Below are positions 24,603 through 36,877 of a stretch of 64,000 nt of DNA, in pieces. The first letter of the stretch is position 1. Every line of letters starts with the position of its first letter. The DNA is taken from NCBI GenBank assembly GCA_000165425.1, contig CT868541.1:350096-414095 (forward strand), read 5' to 3'. Made by a program: the position numbers and the translations under genes. Under the pieces are notes generated by a model. It ran no database searches. It was not told where the DNA came from and was given only the letters and a program-made list of their open reading frames with translations. This DNA comes from Paramecium tetraurelia. Taxonomy: Eukaryota.

Positions 24603-26297
24603 ATGAATAGATTATCCTAGTTGAGTGGACAATTTGATGAGGAATAGAAATTGCTCCAGCAAATAACTGAATTGGAAAAGTAATGATCCAAAATTATCTA
24701 ATCATTTAGTTGGTTCAAGAGTCCACGTTTCAATAATGTTTTGCGTCCATACACAGCCAAATAAGTTGCTGAAGTAAGAGGATCGATTGTACCTAATCAA
24801 TTCTCTGATTTCATGGCAAGAAAATTCTACACTCTCATGATGGATTTAAAATAAAGCAAAGGGTATTTCCTATTTATCATTATAGCTTCTCTCTTGCATG
24901 TGGAGCCTTAGATACTGTGTAAGTTATCAATATGTCCAAATACATGACATCTATTTATGTATCAGGTTGGCAGTGCTCATCTTCAGCTTCAACTACTAAT
25001 GATCCAGGTCCTGATTTTGCTGATTACCCATACGACACAGTGCCTAAGAAATGTGATCAGCTAGTCAAAGTAATCATAAATTTGATGGTAGATGCAAAGA
25101 TTTCAAGACAGAAGATAGTAGTATGAAAGAAGTCTAATTACAGCTGAATAACGAAAATAAAAAAAACCTTATGATTATCTAGTTCCAGTTATTTGTGATG
25201 CAGATGCTGGATTTGGTGGTACAAGCAGTGTTATGAAATTGACAAAATTATTTATTGAATCTGGAGCTGCAGGAATTCATTTGGAAGATCAGAGACCTGA
25301 TTTAAAGAAATGCGGTCACATGGCTGGAAGAGTTGTTACATCTACTAATACTCATGTCTAAAAACTCATAGCTTCTCGACTTCAAGCTGACATTATGGGA
25401 AATGAGTTATTCATTATTGCCAGAACTGATGCATTAGGAGCAAGGTTCATAGAGACCAATGTGGATTTGATTGATTAACCATACATTCTAGGAGTTACCA
25501 AGTTTCATGATAAACCATGCACTTATCCAGAGGCAGGAGTTTTTATCATTGAACAAATGATTGACAAAGAAAAGAGAATACAAGCCACTAATTAATGGTT
25601 GAAATAATGTGAATCAGGTGGAATCAAAAGAGCCAAAGACTTAGCAAAGAGATTGGGATTTGAACTCGATTTCGATTGGGAACAATGTAGAAATCCTGAT
25701 GGATTCTATGCTCTTAAGAGTAGTGTGCATTATTGTGCAATAAGAGCCAAAGTATTCATGCAATCTAAATATAGGAATACTTGAAATATGCAGATGCTTT
25801 ATGGATGGAGACTTCAACTCCTGATCTGAAGGTTGCTAAGGAATTATCTGATGAATTACAATTCGAACTTCAGAATAACAAAGTCCTTTGTTACAATTGT
25901 TCTCCAAGTTTTAATTGGAGCAAATTTGGATTCTCAGACAGCGAACTCAAAAACTTTAATTCAGAACTAGGGAAGTTAGGATACACTTGGCAGGTTCTCA
26001 TTTATTAATATGCATATAGTTTATTACGTTAGCGGGATTTCATTTGAATGCACTACAAAGTGAAAGATTCTCCAAGGATCTATCAGAAAGATATATGCTG
26101 GCTTATGTGGAAGATATTTAGAGAAAAGAGGAGAAACATAATGTTGATTAATTGAGACATCAAAAGTAATCTCAATTTTATATTATTTTAGATGGTCTGG
26201 AGCTGAATTAATTGATCATGTCATGACTATTGTTAATCAAAGTACATTGATATCTTCAGGCGAAGACTCAACTGAACATTAATTCGACAATAAATGA
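24603..26297 (+). CDS. ICL1: Isocitrate lyase (eukaryotic long type)
   Basis: [37 protein letters not shown], catalytic [39 protein letters not shown] and HQKWSGA. Six tiny introns. Confidence 0.97.
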
Positions 26298-26333
26298 TTA
26301 CGTGTTAAATAAATATATAATGATATCATTATG

Positions 26334-27055
26334 TCAAAATATAAGACAGGCAACATATTCATCAGCTCTGACTGCCTTATTCTTCTCAAAATTTAATTGG
26401 CAATCCTTCAAAATCTAATCCAACTCACTCTTGCTTGTGATTGAACCCAATGCTGTTGTTAATGTTTGTTTGGCTTAAAAACTAGAACAATCATTAAATT
26501 TATGATCCATATCCCTCGGAGAATAGTATTATGATTAAGCAACTATCTCTTTCACTGTCACTTAAGAATCTTATAACTAATTTTATCCTAATTTTGGTGT
26601 TTCCGCATTCAATTCCTTGTCTCTTTCTTTCCTTATACATTCTAATACTCTTGCCGTATGGACTGTGATAATCTTCTTATTTGTTAATTCCCCGTCTGAT
26701 GCATTGTATTTGTGATCTTTTTTTATGGTTTGAGGTTCTGTCAATGAAAATGCCCTCTATTTGGATTTTTAGTAATTCCCTTACTAGAATAGCTATTATT
26801 ATTCCTCATGCTTAGAAGATTGAGCAAATGAGCTAAATATGTGTGAATATTTATTTTCACTCACACTTTGAAGATTGTCCAATGGGACCATCTTAAAAAC
26901 GGGATTCTAACTATTGTGAATACATTTTCATAATACAATTTTGTTTTCTCATTATTATGTATCACATTCGATTGAGATGAATCTATTCTTACACTCTCAT
27001 TTGAAATTGACTTTGATTCTTTTATTTTCTAAACAGTATTCAGAATTTATAGCAT
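26334..27055 (-). CDS. Hypothetical low-complexity protein ending in a CaaX motif (CLIF)
   Basis: Open frame with one 26-nt intron, ending RADEYVACLIF-TGA. Confidence 0.6.
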
Positions 27056-28021
27056 TTATCAGTTAGATTTATGGATTATATTTATATTATAATTCTCCTT
27101 TATTTATTTTTATTATAATTTACTCAACTAAAATTTAATCAATCAAATTTGAACTCATTCTTGAAACCAATGTAAAATTACTTAAGAGGATTATATCTTA
27201 GTCTTTGAACAGACAGGATTATGTTAATATTTTATCAAATCATATTTTACAATCCCTTTCTTAGTTAATTTTACAATTTAATTCGATAAAAAATATTTTT
27301 TTTCGGCTTAACCTTAATCATAACTATCAATATCATCTGGATTTGAGATAGTAAAATATTGATTTATTTTGTATCTTTATGATTCAAACTCTTTAGACTT
27401 ATATATAAATTCTTCGCCTCGTTGAAATTCATTATTACTTATTTTTATTATTGATTAAACATAAAAATTGAATTTAGAATAAAATTATTAAGTATTATCA
27501 CTACTGGGAACTTTTGACATTTCTAATTATTTTCCTTTATGCTAATCTCCAATAGTATTGCTCTTTTCCTGCAAATTGTATTATATTTATGAAGTAAATG
27601 TTTGAATAATTCAAAAATTTAACTCACTCTTAATTTACACAATAAAATTCAAATCTCAGAATTCAGTTTTCAAATGTACACAATAATTTAAATTAATAGT
27701 CAGAATCATTTTACTTACTCCTATTAAGATATTAATTATCAACAAAAATGGTATTAATAATTCATTTCAAATGACATATTTATATTATCAAACACTTTTT
27801 ATTGGTGAACTAAATAGATATAGAGTTGAATGAATTTAAGAACAATTCTATTAAGAGGTTGAATTTCTTTTCAGTTTTAGATGATTGAATTTATACATTA
27901 ATTACAGTTATATTGAAAGAAATTAGTTGGATCAAGAAAAAGGAACTCCTCATGAGAATGAAAATAACAGAAAGAGAACCACATTTAGGATAGAATGTAA
28001 ATTTGTCCCTTCACAGGGAAA

Positions 28022-29351
28022 TCAATTTATTTCTTCTTGTTATTACATTTGATTATTTAATTGGTTTTTCTCAATCATCAGCTATATTTTTAGAGTTTCT
28101 ATTTCTTATTTCATCTTTTCATTTTCCTCTAATAACTCAGATATATAAGATCTCATTTTTTTCATTTCCATTTGGTCATTTTATTGTAAAATTGAGAGTG
28201 ATTCAAATTAGGATTTCAATGCAGCTATTTGATGAGTTAAAAGATTATTATGCGTTTCATGATCTTTCAATGATGAAGATAAACCGCCTCTCTGCCTTTA
28301 AATATCTAAAATTTGCTGTTCAATCTCGTCTTAAATAATTACCTTCCTTTTTAAATCTTGAATTAAGTAAATCTTAATTTCATCATAAACTTTCAAAAGT
28401 TTTAGTGAAGTATTTACATCATCTTGATTTAAGAATTCTTCAATTTTGATATCAATCTTATCTATTAATTCAGTTAAATTTTATTTAACCAACTCCAAAT
28501 CCATAATATCTTGATTTTGTTCTTAAAAGTCTAATCCTAAATCCTTCTCACTTAATGAACCTTTCAATAAGCTAAATTAGTTAATAAGTGACTGAGCATC
28601 TGATTCATTTATTTTCTGAATTTCTTTTTTAGGAGTTGACATACTTTTAGGTTCCTGCATCTCTCCTTATAATCTTGCTTGAGTTTAATTTTCTTGTTAA
28701 TCTTTATAAACTATTTGTGATGTTTAGGTCATTATACGCGGTATATTTTTCCTTTCGATTTCATAGAAATTTTAAAGTAACTTAGTAAACATAGGAGATG
28801 TATTATAATCGAGTTTCTCCTTCTTGATATAAAAAAATTTATCTGGAAATTTTACATTTTTCTCTAAAAGTCTAGTATATGACTTAAAGAAAGCTGATTA
28901 TGTCAATTAATCGCTTTAAAAAGGGTAGAACCTAGCCCATGCTTCTAGACACTCTAAAGTAATTATCAATAAACTTTTTCCATATTACATTTCTTCTTTA
29001 TTTGGAATTGTAGAGTAATAATATTTTCCTCTGTCCTCAGTTTAATCCCAGCTACTAAATTCAGCTATATTTTCAAAATAAGGCAAACAACGTTCCATGA
29101 ACATTTCATTAAAACCTGCATTATTTTACTCTACTGCTTGCATTCCTAACCTAGCAGCAAGCAAGCTAGTAACAAGCTCCTTAGATGCGAAACCCAGAAT
29201 GATAGCATTGCATATGGGTTTATAAACAGTCCTTAAATTTATTCAAAGCTTACTTGTCTTATCTATCTAATCTTATTCTATATTCCCGAACACCTTTGTT
29301 GTAGGAATCTTATTGTCTTAATAGAGTAAAAATTTTAAGTGTTAAAGACAT
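28022..29351 (-). CDS. VHS/ENTH-like N-terminal domain plus coiled-coil protein
   Basis: After a 22-nt intron: ..RGKYYYS..LIITLECLEAWARFYP..FFKSYTRLLEKNVKFP, resembling the last helices of a VHS domain, followed by heptad-rich sequence. The 3' end is uncertain. Confidence 0.5.
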
Positions 29352-29873
29352 TATTAAGAAATAAAGTATATTGAATTTTATTTGAGACAGATATGTTTTA
29401 AACATTAAAAAATCATGAATACTCTATCAGTATTCTAATTTTAAAGCATTACGATTTTAATTAAAACAATTATAATAAATACTTACTTTTTTATAAATTA
29501 AACAGAAAATTTTTTTCAATTATATAAAAGCTAAATAAAAATGTATAATCCAATCTACTTTTGGAAAATCCCTTTAATATGCAATTTAAAAAGTCATTAT
29601 TACTTATGCTGAGATATAAGAAAGGAATTTATAGAGATCTATTTGATTATAATGAATTAATTCAAAAAAGGCCTTTCCTAAGATGCTTTCTAATTAAGTT
29701 TAGGGATTCTCAAAATATTCATCGACTACTCTGTTGTTGAAGGGTGTCGGCAGAGTTTAAATCAAAGAGCTCAGCCAAGCCTAAAAACAAGGATTTATAA
29801 TTTTTGAATTTTATAATATAACATGAATAAGAATTTTAGAAGCTGAATTTTATTGTATTATGAATTATATTGA

Positions 29874-30131
29874 TCAAAGATTGCCTTCTAAATGTGAAAT
29901 ACGCATTTTGTCAACAGTTCTCTGAGTTTTCAGAAATGTAGCTACCAATTTATTCAATTTTCTATTAAATTTTGCTTTTTGCTGTAAGAAATCCTCATTG
30001 TTGCTCTTCTGAATTAACATTTTTTATTTTTCAAGGTAAGATATATGTTTTTTGATTTATTATTCTACTTCATCAATGTTTTTTGATTTTTTTATTCTTC
30101 TTTTGTTTTATTTTATTTCTAATTAAGGCAT
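29874..30131 (-). CDS. Hypothetical 85-aa basic protein
   Basis: MPQLEIKQNKRRIKKSKNIDEVEQQIKKHISYLEKQKMLIQKSNNEDFLQQKAKFNRKLNKLVATFLKTQRTVDKMRISHLEGNL-TGA. Confidence 0.45.
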
Positions 30132-30480
30132 ATATATTAAAGATTGAAAAAATAATAATTATAACATTATTAAAATGTGAAACTTTTGAATAACACTTGC
30201 ATGACGTCATTTTTACCAAGCAATTGTACAAATCAAGCAGCGAGTGCACTTCTAAAATTTAAATAATAAACTCTTTATGACATGAACGATCCAATATGTA
30301 TGAGATCGATTTCCAAGTATTTTACAAACATCTAAGCAACTCTGACATGACACTATTTCTTATTGGAGATTCTAGATGAATAACTAGATTTCTTTATGCC
30401 GAATCCAATTACCTTAAGAATCCGCTATAACCGTAATATTAAAGGAAAATCATTTTTATTAATATCGATTAAATTAGGAA

Positions 30481-31384
30481 ATGAAAAAATTCTTATTATT
30501 GATGACATCAGTTATCGGTAGTTATTGCTTTAATCCCAATGACTATGTAACAATACCATTCCTCAAATTTCCAGACTCATTGAGCTATAATGTTTTAGAG
30601 ATAAATTCAATTTTTGAATATTTGATAGCATGTGTATACATAGGGTAAATTGATGTCCTGATATAGATTATTCTACTATTCGATGTACTTCTGCATCAGT
30701 CATATTTTGGTTTGGAGTCACCCTGCACCAAAGACCCCAGATAGAATAGCTCAAACAAGGGAAGAAATGAGGAGAGGAATCAAAGCTCTTTTTTATGTAA
30801 TTTTGTTGACAACAGGAATAATATGGAAAGTGCAGCCTTTGAATCCTTATTATGGATATTATGAGACACATGGAATTTGGATTGAAGGAATTCTTCATTT
30901 CACTAGTCGTGTACAATAATATTATTATGCATAAAGATATATGTTGACTTTCGATGTGTGGTTTTACACTTCCCACATAATAGGACACACTCCCTTTTTT
31001 TGGAAGCATCTCCATGGGGAACATCATGAATTTGTCGAGCCTGGAGCCTATGCTTAAGATGCAGTACACCCGATAGAAGCTTTAATATAAGGGCCGATTG
31101 GACATTTCTTGCCTACATTCATCTATCCATTCCACCCAGTATGTCATCATGTATTTGGGTTGTTAACATCGATCTATGCTCAATTAGCACATGATGGAAG
31201 ATGGGATCCAGCTGGCCACACTTTGCATCATTATTATTATTCATGCAATTTCAGCATTTGGGGATTTTGCGATTTCATATTTGGGACAGGTTACAACTAG
31301 GAGAAGTATCCCATTCCTTACATTCCAACTTGGCTCAGAAGCAAGGTTAATAAGAGTAAGAATGAGGATAAGAAAATAATGTGA
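30481..31384 (+). CDS. Fatty acid hydroxylase/sterol desaturase superfamily protein (ERG3/C5-desaturase-like)
   Basis: His boxes FYTSHIIGH, WKHLHGEHH and GHTLHH, plus AVHPIEA and LAHDG, and TM segments. Apparent extra base near 30872. Confidence 0.88.
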
Positions 31385-31410
31385 TAATATGATATATTTG
31401 ATAATGCAGA

Positions 31411-32930
31411 TCACAATCTAGCTTTGTTGTTTGGGAATCCTAATCCTTAAGCAATCTTCTCTCCATACTCTGGGTCACATTTAGTAAACACTTTAACTTG
31501 TCTCTCTTGGATTACTCTATTGGCATTCTAACATTATTAATTAAACAAATACTTTCAAATTTCCAACAATATTGGTTATTAACCATTATCTTTCAAAATC
31601 ATTCATAACCTTTCTGTATAGAACTCCTGGTTGAGCGAAATCATCATTGGGATGTGATGGTTTATATCTTCCGATTAAACCAGTTACTCTATATTAACTA
31701 GTCTTGGTTTCTGGAATCATCTTTAATGGTTAAAATGAATTAGGTTCATAATTTGGTCTATTTCCTTAATTATTGTAGGATTATGGTCCATCTCTTTATT
31801 GATTGATGACTCTAGCTCTGTATGGACAGTTGACTGGGAGTTGTGTATAATTGGTTCCTAATCTGTGTCTGTGAGTATCTGGATAGGAGAACAATCTTCC
31901 TTATAACATTTTATCCAATGATGGCTCAATTCCTGGGACTAAATGTCCTGGACTGAAAGCTGATTGTTCAACTTCTTAGAAGTAGTTTTCTGGATTTCTA
32001 TTCAAAACCATTTTTCCGAAATTAAGACATGGATAATCACTGTGTGGCCATACTTTAGTGACATCAAAAATATTCCATTTGTATTTGAATCCATCCTATT
32101 CTGGCATAACTTGAACTTGGACTGTCCAAGTAGCTGTCTTACCAGTAGCAAGATGTTCAAACAAATACTTGAGTAGCATAATCTGCATTTGTTCTCTTTA
32201 ATTCATCAGCCTCAGCACCTGTAAATGTCTTATTACCAGAATCTGTTTTGAAGTGTAATTTAATCCAAAATGCTTCTCCTTCCTTATTGACCCATCTGAA
32301 TGTATGTGATGTATATCCATTCATATGTCTATATCCATTTGGAGTACCTCTATTTGAAAAGAGGATGGTGACTTAGTGAGCACTTTCAGGCACCAAACTC
32401 AAGAAATCCCAGAACTATATTAGCATCCTTTAGGTTAGTTTAAGGATTTCTTTTTTATGTGTGAATAAAATCTGGGAACTTACTTGGATCTCTTATGAAG
32501 AAGACTGGTGTGTTGTTTCCTGTCATATCATAATTGCCTTCTTCAGTGTAAAACTTAACAGCGAATCCTCTTGGATCTCTTTCAGAATCTGCTGATCCCT
32601 TCTCACCTCCCACAGTGGAGAATCTTGTGAATATTGGTGTTCTTTTTCCAACTGTATCCAAGAATTTGGCTTTTGTGTACTTGGTCACATCTCCTGTCAC
32701 TTCAAAGTATCCATAAGCACCTTTACATGTCAAAGATATCAAATACCTGCTCCTTTGGCATGGACAACTCTTTCTGGAATTCTCTCTCTATCAAAATGAG
32801 CTAATTTATCAATGAGATGAGTGTCCTACAATAGGATGGGTCCATATTCTCCTGCTGTCAAAGAGTTTTGGTTGTCATCTACTGGACAACCTGTGGATTG
32901 GGTCAACACGTTATCTGAATTGTCTGACAT
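31411..32930 (-). CDS. CAT: Monofunctional heme catalase with PTS1 (-ARL); two apparent +1 frameshifts
   Basis: [55 protein letters not shown] and [18 protein letters not shown]; ends NNKARL-TGA. Confidence 0.97.
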
Positions 32931-32955
32931 ATTATTTATTAAATTTGCGTAATAA

Positions 32956-34073
32956 TCAGCTTATACTCAAAAATCTTTATTTCTGTAACGAATCCAACTT
33001 TTCATAATGTTACTCAAATAATTTATAAAACTAGCTGATATTTAACCTCAACTTATTGTGATCAATTTCCAAAAGAATTCCAATTAAATAACTAATAATT
33101 TTATCAATTCATTACTTTAATATATCATCCGATATTTTGCTTAAATCAATCTAAGAAGGTGATATATACCCATCCTTGTCATTATCCAATAAATTGAATA
33201 GCTTGTTGCTAATCTTTTGTAATTTGTCATCCCCAAACATTTCAGTTTTGCATCGTGTCCTTCCTATGCTTGAGGCTCTTGAAATTGATAACTATCTTAA
33301 CGGCACCATCTGTTAATTCTTCGTACTTAATGCCTGTTGTTTTATCTGTTGCAAGACTAAACTACTTTGCACCTTGTTCCCATTCTCAAAATATCCAGAC
33401 TTATTGAGCAGTGGACTCTTTTGAGTTGAATTGTGAGGAGATTTGCTTTTGAGTTTCTCTTGACTCTTTTATTATGGCCTATTGGCCTAGAGCTTGTTGA
33501 GTTGTAATTATCTCTGTAACTTCGAGATGTTTTTGGTTGTCTAACTATAGCTGATCATATAACCACAATCAGGTGTTGGCGATAAGATGTTTTAATACAG
33601 TTTTCTACTCATATCTTCCAACTTTTTGGAGTCTATCTGCGCGCCCGCACTTAAATGCTGAATCCCTTCCTTGGGACTTTTGTAGATATCCACTGATGGT
33701 ATGGGATTGCCTAATTTCTCGTCTAGTTGAGTTTCTTATTAAAATGAATAATAAGAGTTTTCCTTTTCTTCTTGATTCATTATTTCTTCCAAAGAATACT
33801 AAACTTTTTTCTTCAAAGGTTCTTAGTTACTGAAGTATTTAGAGAATTATTTCAATTGTTTAAATTCATCAACATAAGCTCTAACTGTTATAAGTTGTTT
33901 ATCTTACAAATTCGGATTATCTGGTTGCTAATTGTCTTGCACTTTCTTAACTCAATATTATTATCGCTGCAAAACCTATGAGCAATTTATAAGGGAGTGT
34001 CAAATTATTTGATTTAAATTGGCTTCGAATTGGCAACTTTGATAATCAGCATTTGATCGTTAGTTTCTTGCAT
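32956..34073 (-). CDS. Hypothetical protein with C-terminal EF-hand
   Basis: N-terminal [16 protein letters not shown] motif; C-terminal [20 protein letters not shown]-loop; at least two tiny introns. Confidence 0.65.
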
Positions 34074-34263
34074 TTAATTTTTATAATAATGAAGTATATA
34101 ATAACTTTTAGATCATTAATTTACAAGTAGAATCCAAATAAAATGCTACCAGAAAAATCATTCGAAATCTATATTGATGATGGAAGGAATTGGCAAGAAC
34201 TTGGATATATTAACATGAAATAAATATAATTTATAATAACTATTTTCTTCTAATTCTATTAAC

Positions 34264-36877
34264 ATGAACGAACCTAAATATAAATTCAAGAGAAATATCA
34301 ACAGTAGTAGTTAAATAGGAAATACGGTAGTTGTAGAAGATGAAGAAGGAAGAGAATTTTCCAAGAAAACTATCAAGTCAGAATATTATGATTCGTGTAG
34401 GGAGGCTGTCGAACTTCTAAAAACAATCTAACATCCAAATTTAGCTAAAATTATAGATACTGTAGAAGATAGAGATAAAGGAGAGATTCACATAATTGTG
34501 GAGTTTTATGAACTGAATTTAGATGATTTAATTTAGAAGGATCAAAAGTTTTTTTAAAATCAAGACAATTTATTAGACTTTGTTAAATAAATAATCAATG
34601 GTTATTGTCGATTAATGGAACTCAAGGTTATTCATCGAAATCTCAAGCCAAAAAATATACTCTGCAATAAAAAAGAAAACAACAAATATGAATTCAAGGT
34701 ATAATAGCATAGTTTATGTGAAGATATCAGATTATGCGTTCGCTAAAGTTAAGAGTAAATTTGCCCATGATATGACCTTTTTTGAAGGAAATGACTATTA
34801 TTAAGCTCCGGAGCTAAAAGACGATAATTATGCGTATCGATGTGATGTTTATTCTGTAAATTATCATTTCATTTCAAGTTTGGTCTCATTCTTGCATAGA
34901 TAGTATTTAATAGGAAATTATCTGAAGAAGAAAAATAAAACTAAAAATTTCCTGACAATTAAATTGTATTTGAAGAAATACTAATAAAGTCTATGCTAAT
35001 AAAAGATCACTCTTAGAGGATATCCTGGACCTAACTTAGATTAAAATATTTCTATAATATAAAAGAGTTAAGTCGGGAAAAAGTGTTTAGGGGTAAAAAC
35101 ATTATTACTCATGAAATGGTTTGGATTAAACAAATAAACAAAAGAGTGAGTAGTAATATAATAGGTGACACTAATGAGATTAATATTAACCTTAAATTTA
35201 AGAATGGGCAAGAACAAAACGATCATATTGTTAAAGTTTTAGAGATTTTAAATGAAGATTAATATCAATATGCCTTCTTGATCATGGAAGATTGTGATGG
35301 AGATCTCATGCAGTTTATAAAAAAATAAGGTAACTTCACATATGAATAGATACTTGAATTCCTCGAATAATTATGTAAAGGATATCAATTTCTAATAAAA
35401 TAGGAGATTGTTCATCGTGATCTTAAACCTGAAAATATACTATACATCAAAACAGACAAAGGGATTTTATACAAAGTAAATAGCTCATAATGTTCTAGAT
35501 TACTGACTTTGAACATAGTTTTGATTTGAAAATGAGTAAGAAATCTCCTAATACAAAAACTGGGACACTCAAATACTAAGCCCCTGAAATTGACGCATAA
35601 AAAGATTATGATAACAAATGTGATATTTTTTCAGTAAGAATATTAACCAAAGATAGTTAGGAATCATCATATTGGTATTGTCAACTTCCAAAGAATTTTA
35701 AGTAGATTAATTTAACAATGTGAAAAAAAGATTAGAAGAAGAATGTATCATAAAAATACTTCAAGAAAGATCATTTGGGTTCGATATTTCGAAGTTAGAT
35801 TAGAGGATAATAGAATTGCTTAAGAAAATGATAAGATATAATCCTGAGGATAGATTATCCTGGGAAAAGTTAATTTAATATATCTAAGATTAAAAGTAAT
35901 AAAACTTACCTATCCAAAGAAACTTTTAACTTAGTAAATCTAATAATATTTTCAATAATGATTAATCTTTTAAATTCCAAAAATTCAATTCTAATAACTA
36001 AAAATTAAATTAATAATTTGTTGTATAAAACTAATAAAAAAGCGACAAAAATGTAAATAATTAAGAGTAATATCAATTCCCATAATTTAACCAAAAACTT
36101 GGATAAAGTAGTAAATTTTAAAACGGGAAAGAATTTCAATTCCCAAAAAATAATAATTAATTATCGACCACTGGAAAATCATCTTTATAATTCTAGACCA
36201 CTAAATGGTAGCAATCATCAAATCAAAATTAATTTGAATAAAACTAGTTGACTTAAAATTCTTCTCAATAAACTAAGATATCGACAAGTTAAACTATTTA
36301 AGTTAAAGACCAGAAAATTCAGAACTAATAAACCTAAAACTAGAAAAATGAACTTCATCCTACATTTTAAATTGATTAACAATAAATACCTCAATAAGGA
36401 AATTAAACTGGCTGGGGGTTTACATAGTCGTAATCAGCAAATCTGAGTTTATAAGCATAGAGCTGTAATTCTAAATAATATCCTGGTTTCACTTCTTCAA
36501 TTAACAAATTTTCCAATTAATAATCTCAAAAGTCACCGATTTAAGATTAATCACATGCAAAATATTAATAAGCCCAAACCACTATTTTTAATAAGGTTAC
36601 CCTTCCAAATGATTAATCTATTCAATCTAGCAAAGATGCTAATAAATCATCTCTAAATATCAATATGAAAGGTTAACAATAAATAAGTCAGAATTAATTC
36701 GCCAAAAACTAGTATAATTGGCAACCCCCTACTTTTCATAATTTCTCCACTCCTTAGCCACAATAACCATAAAATTAAGTTAAATACACTGCTTAAAACA
36801 ATTGGTAATATTAACAAAATACAATTCCCATTAACCGTTTTTCCAATTTACATTCAAGATAATTTTATGGAAATTGA
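34264..36877 (+). CDS. Tandem kinase-domain protein (pseudokinase + divergent kinase) with Q/N-rich tail
   Basis: Domain 1: HPNLAK, IHRNLKPKN, SDYAFAK, YQAPE, DVYS. Domain 2: VHRDLKPEN, TDFEHS, GTLKYQAPE, DIFS-LG. About 330-aa Gln/Asn/Ser-rich C-terminus. Confidence 0.85.

Noticed and set aside
27060..28000. Long AT-rich stretch as possible retained IES or transposon remnant
   Set aside because: No terminal inverted repeats or transposase fragments were seen; TA-bounded IESs cannot be called without a germline/somatic comparison.
29945..30005. SECIS-like ATGA..AAA..GA pattern on the minus strand
   Set aside because: The stem is weak, it lies inside a plausible ORF, and no upstream gene has a credible in-frame Sec TGA.
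30668..31069. 133-aa minus-strand track ORF
   Set aside because: Antisense to the His-box desaturase; no recognisable motifs.
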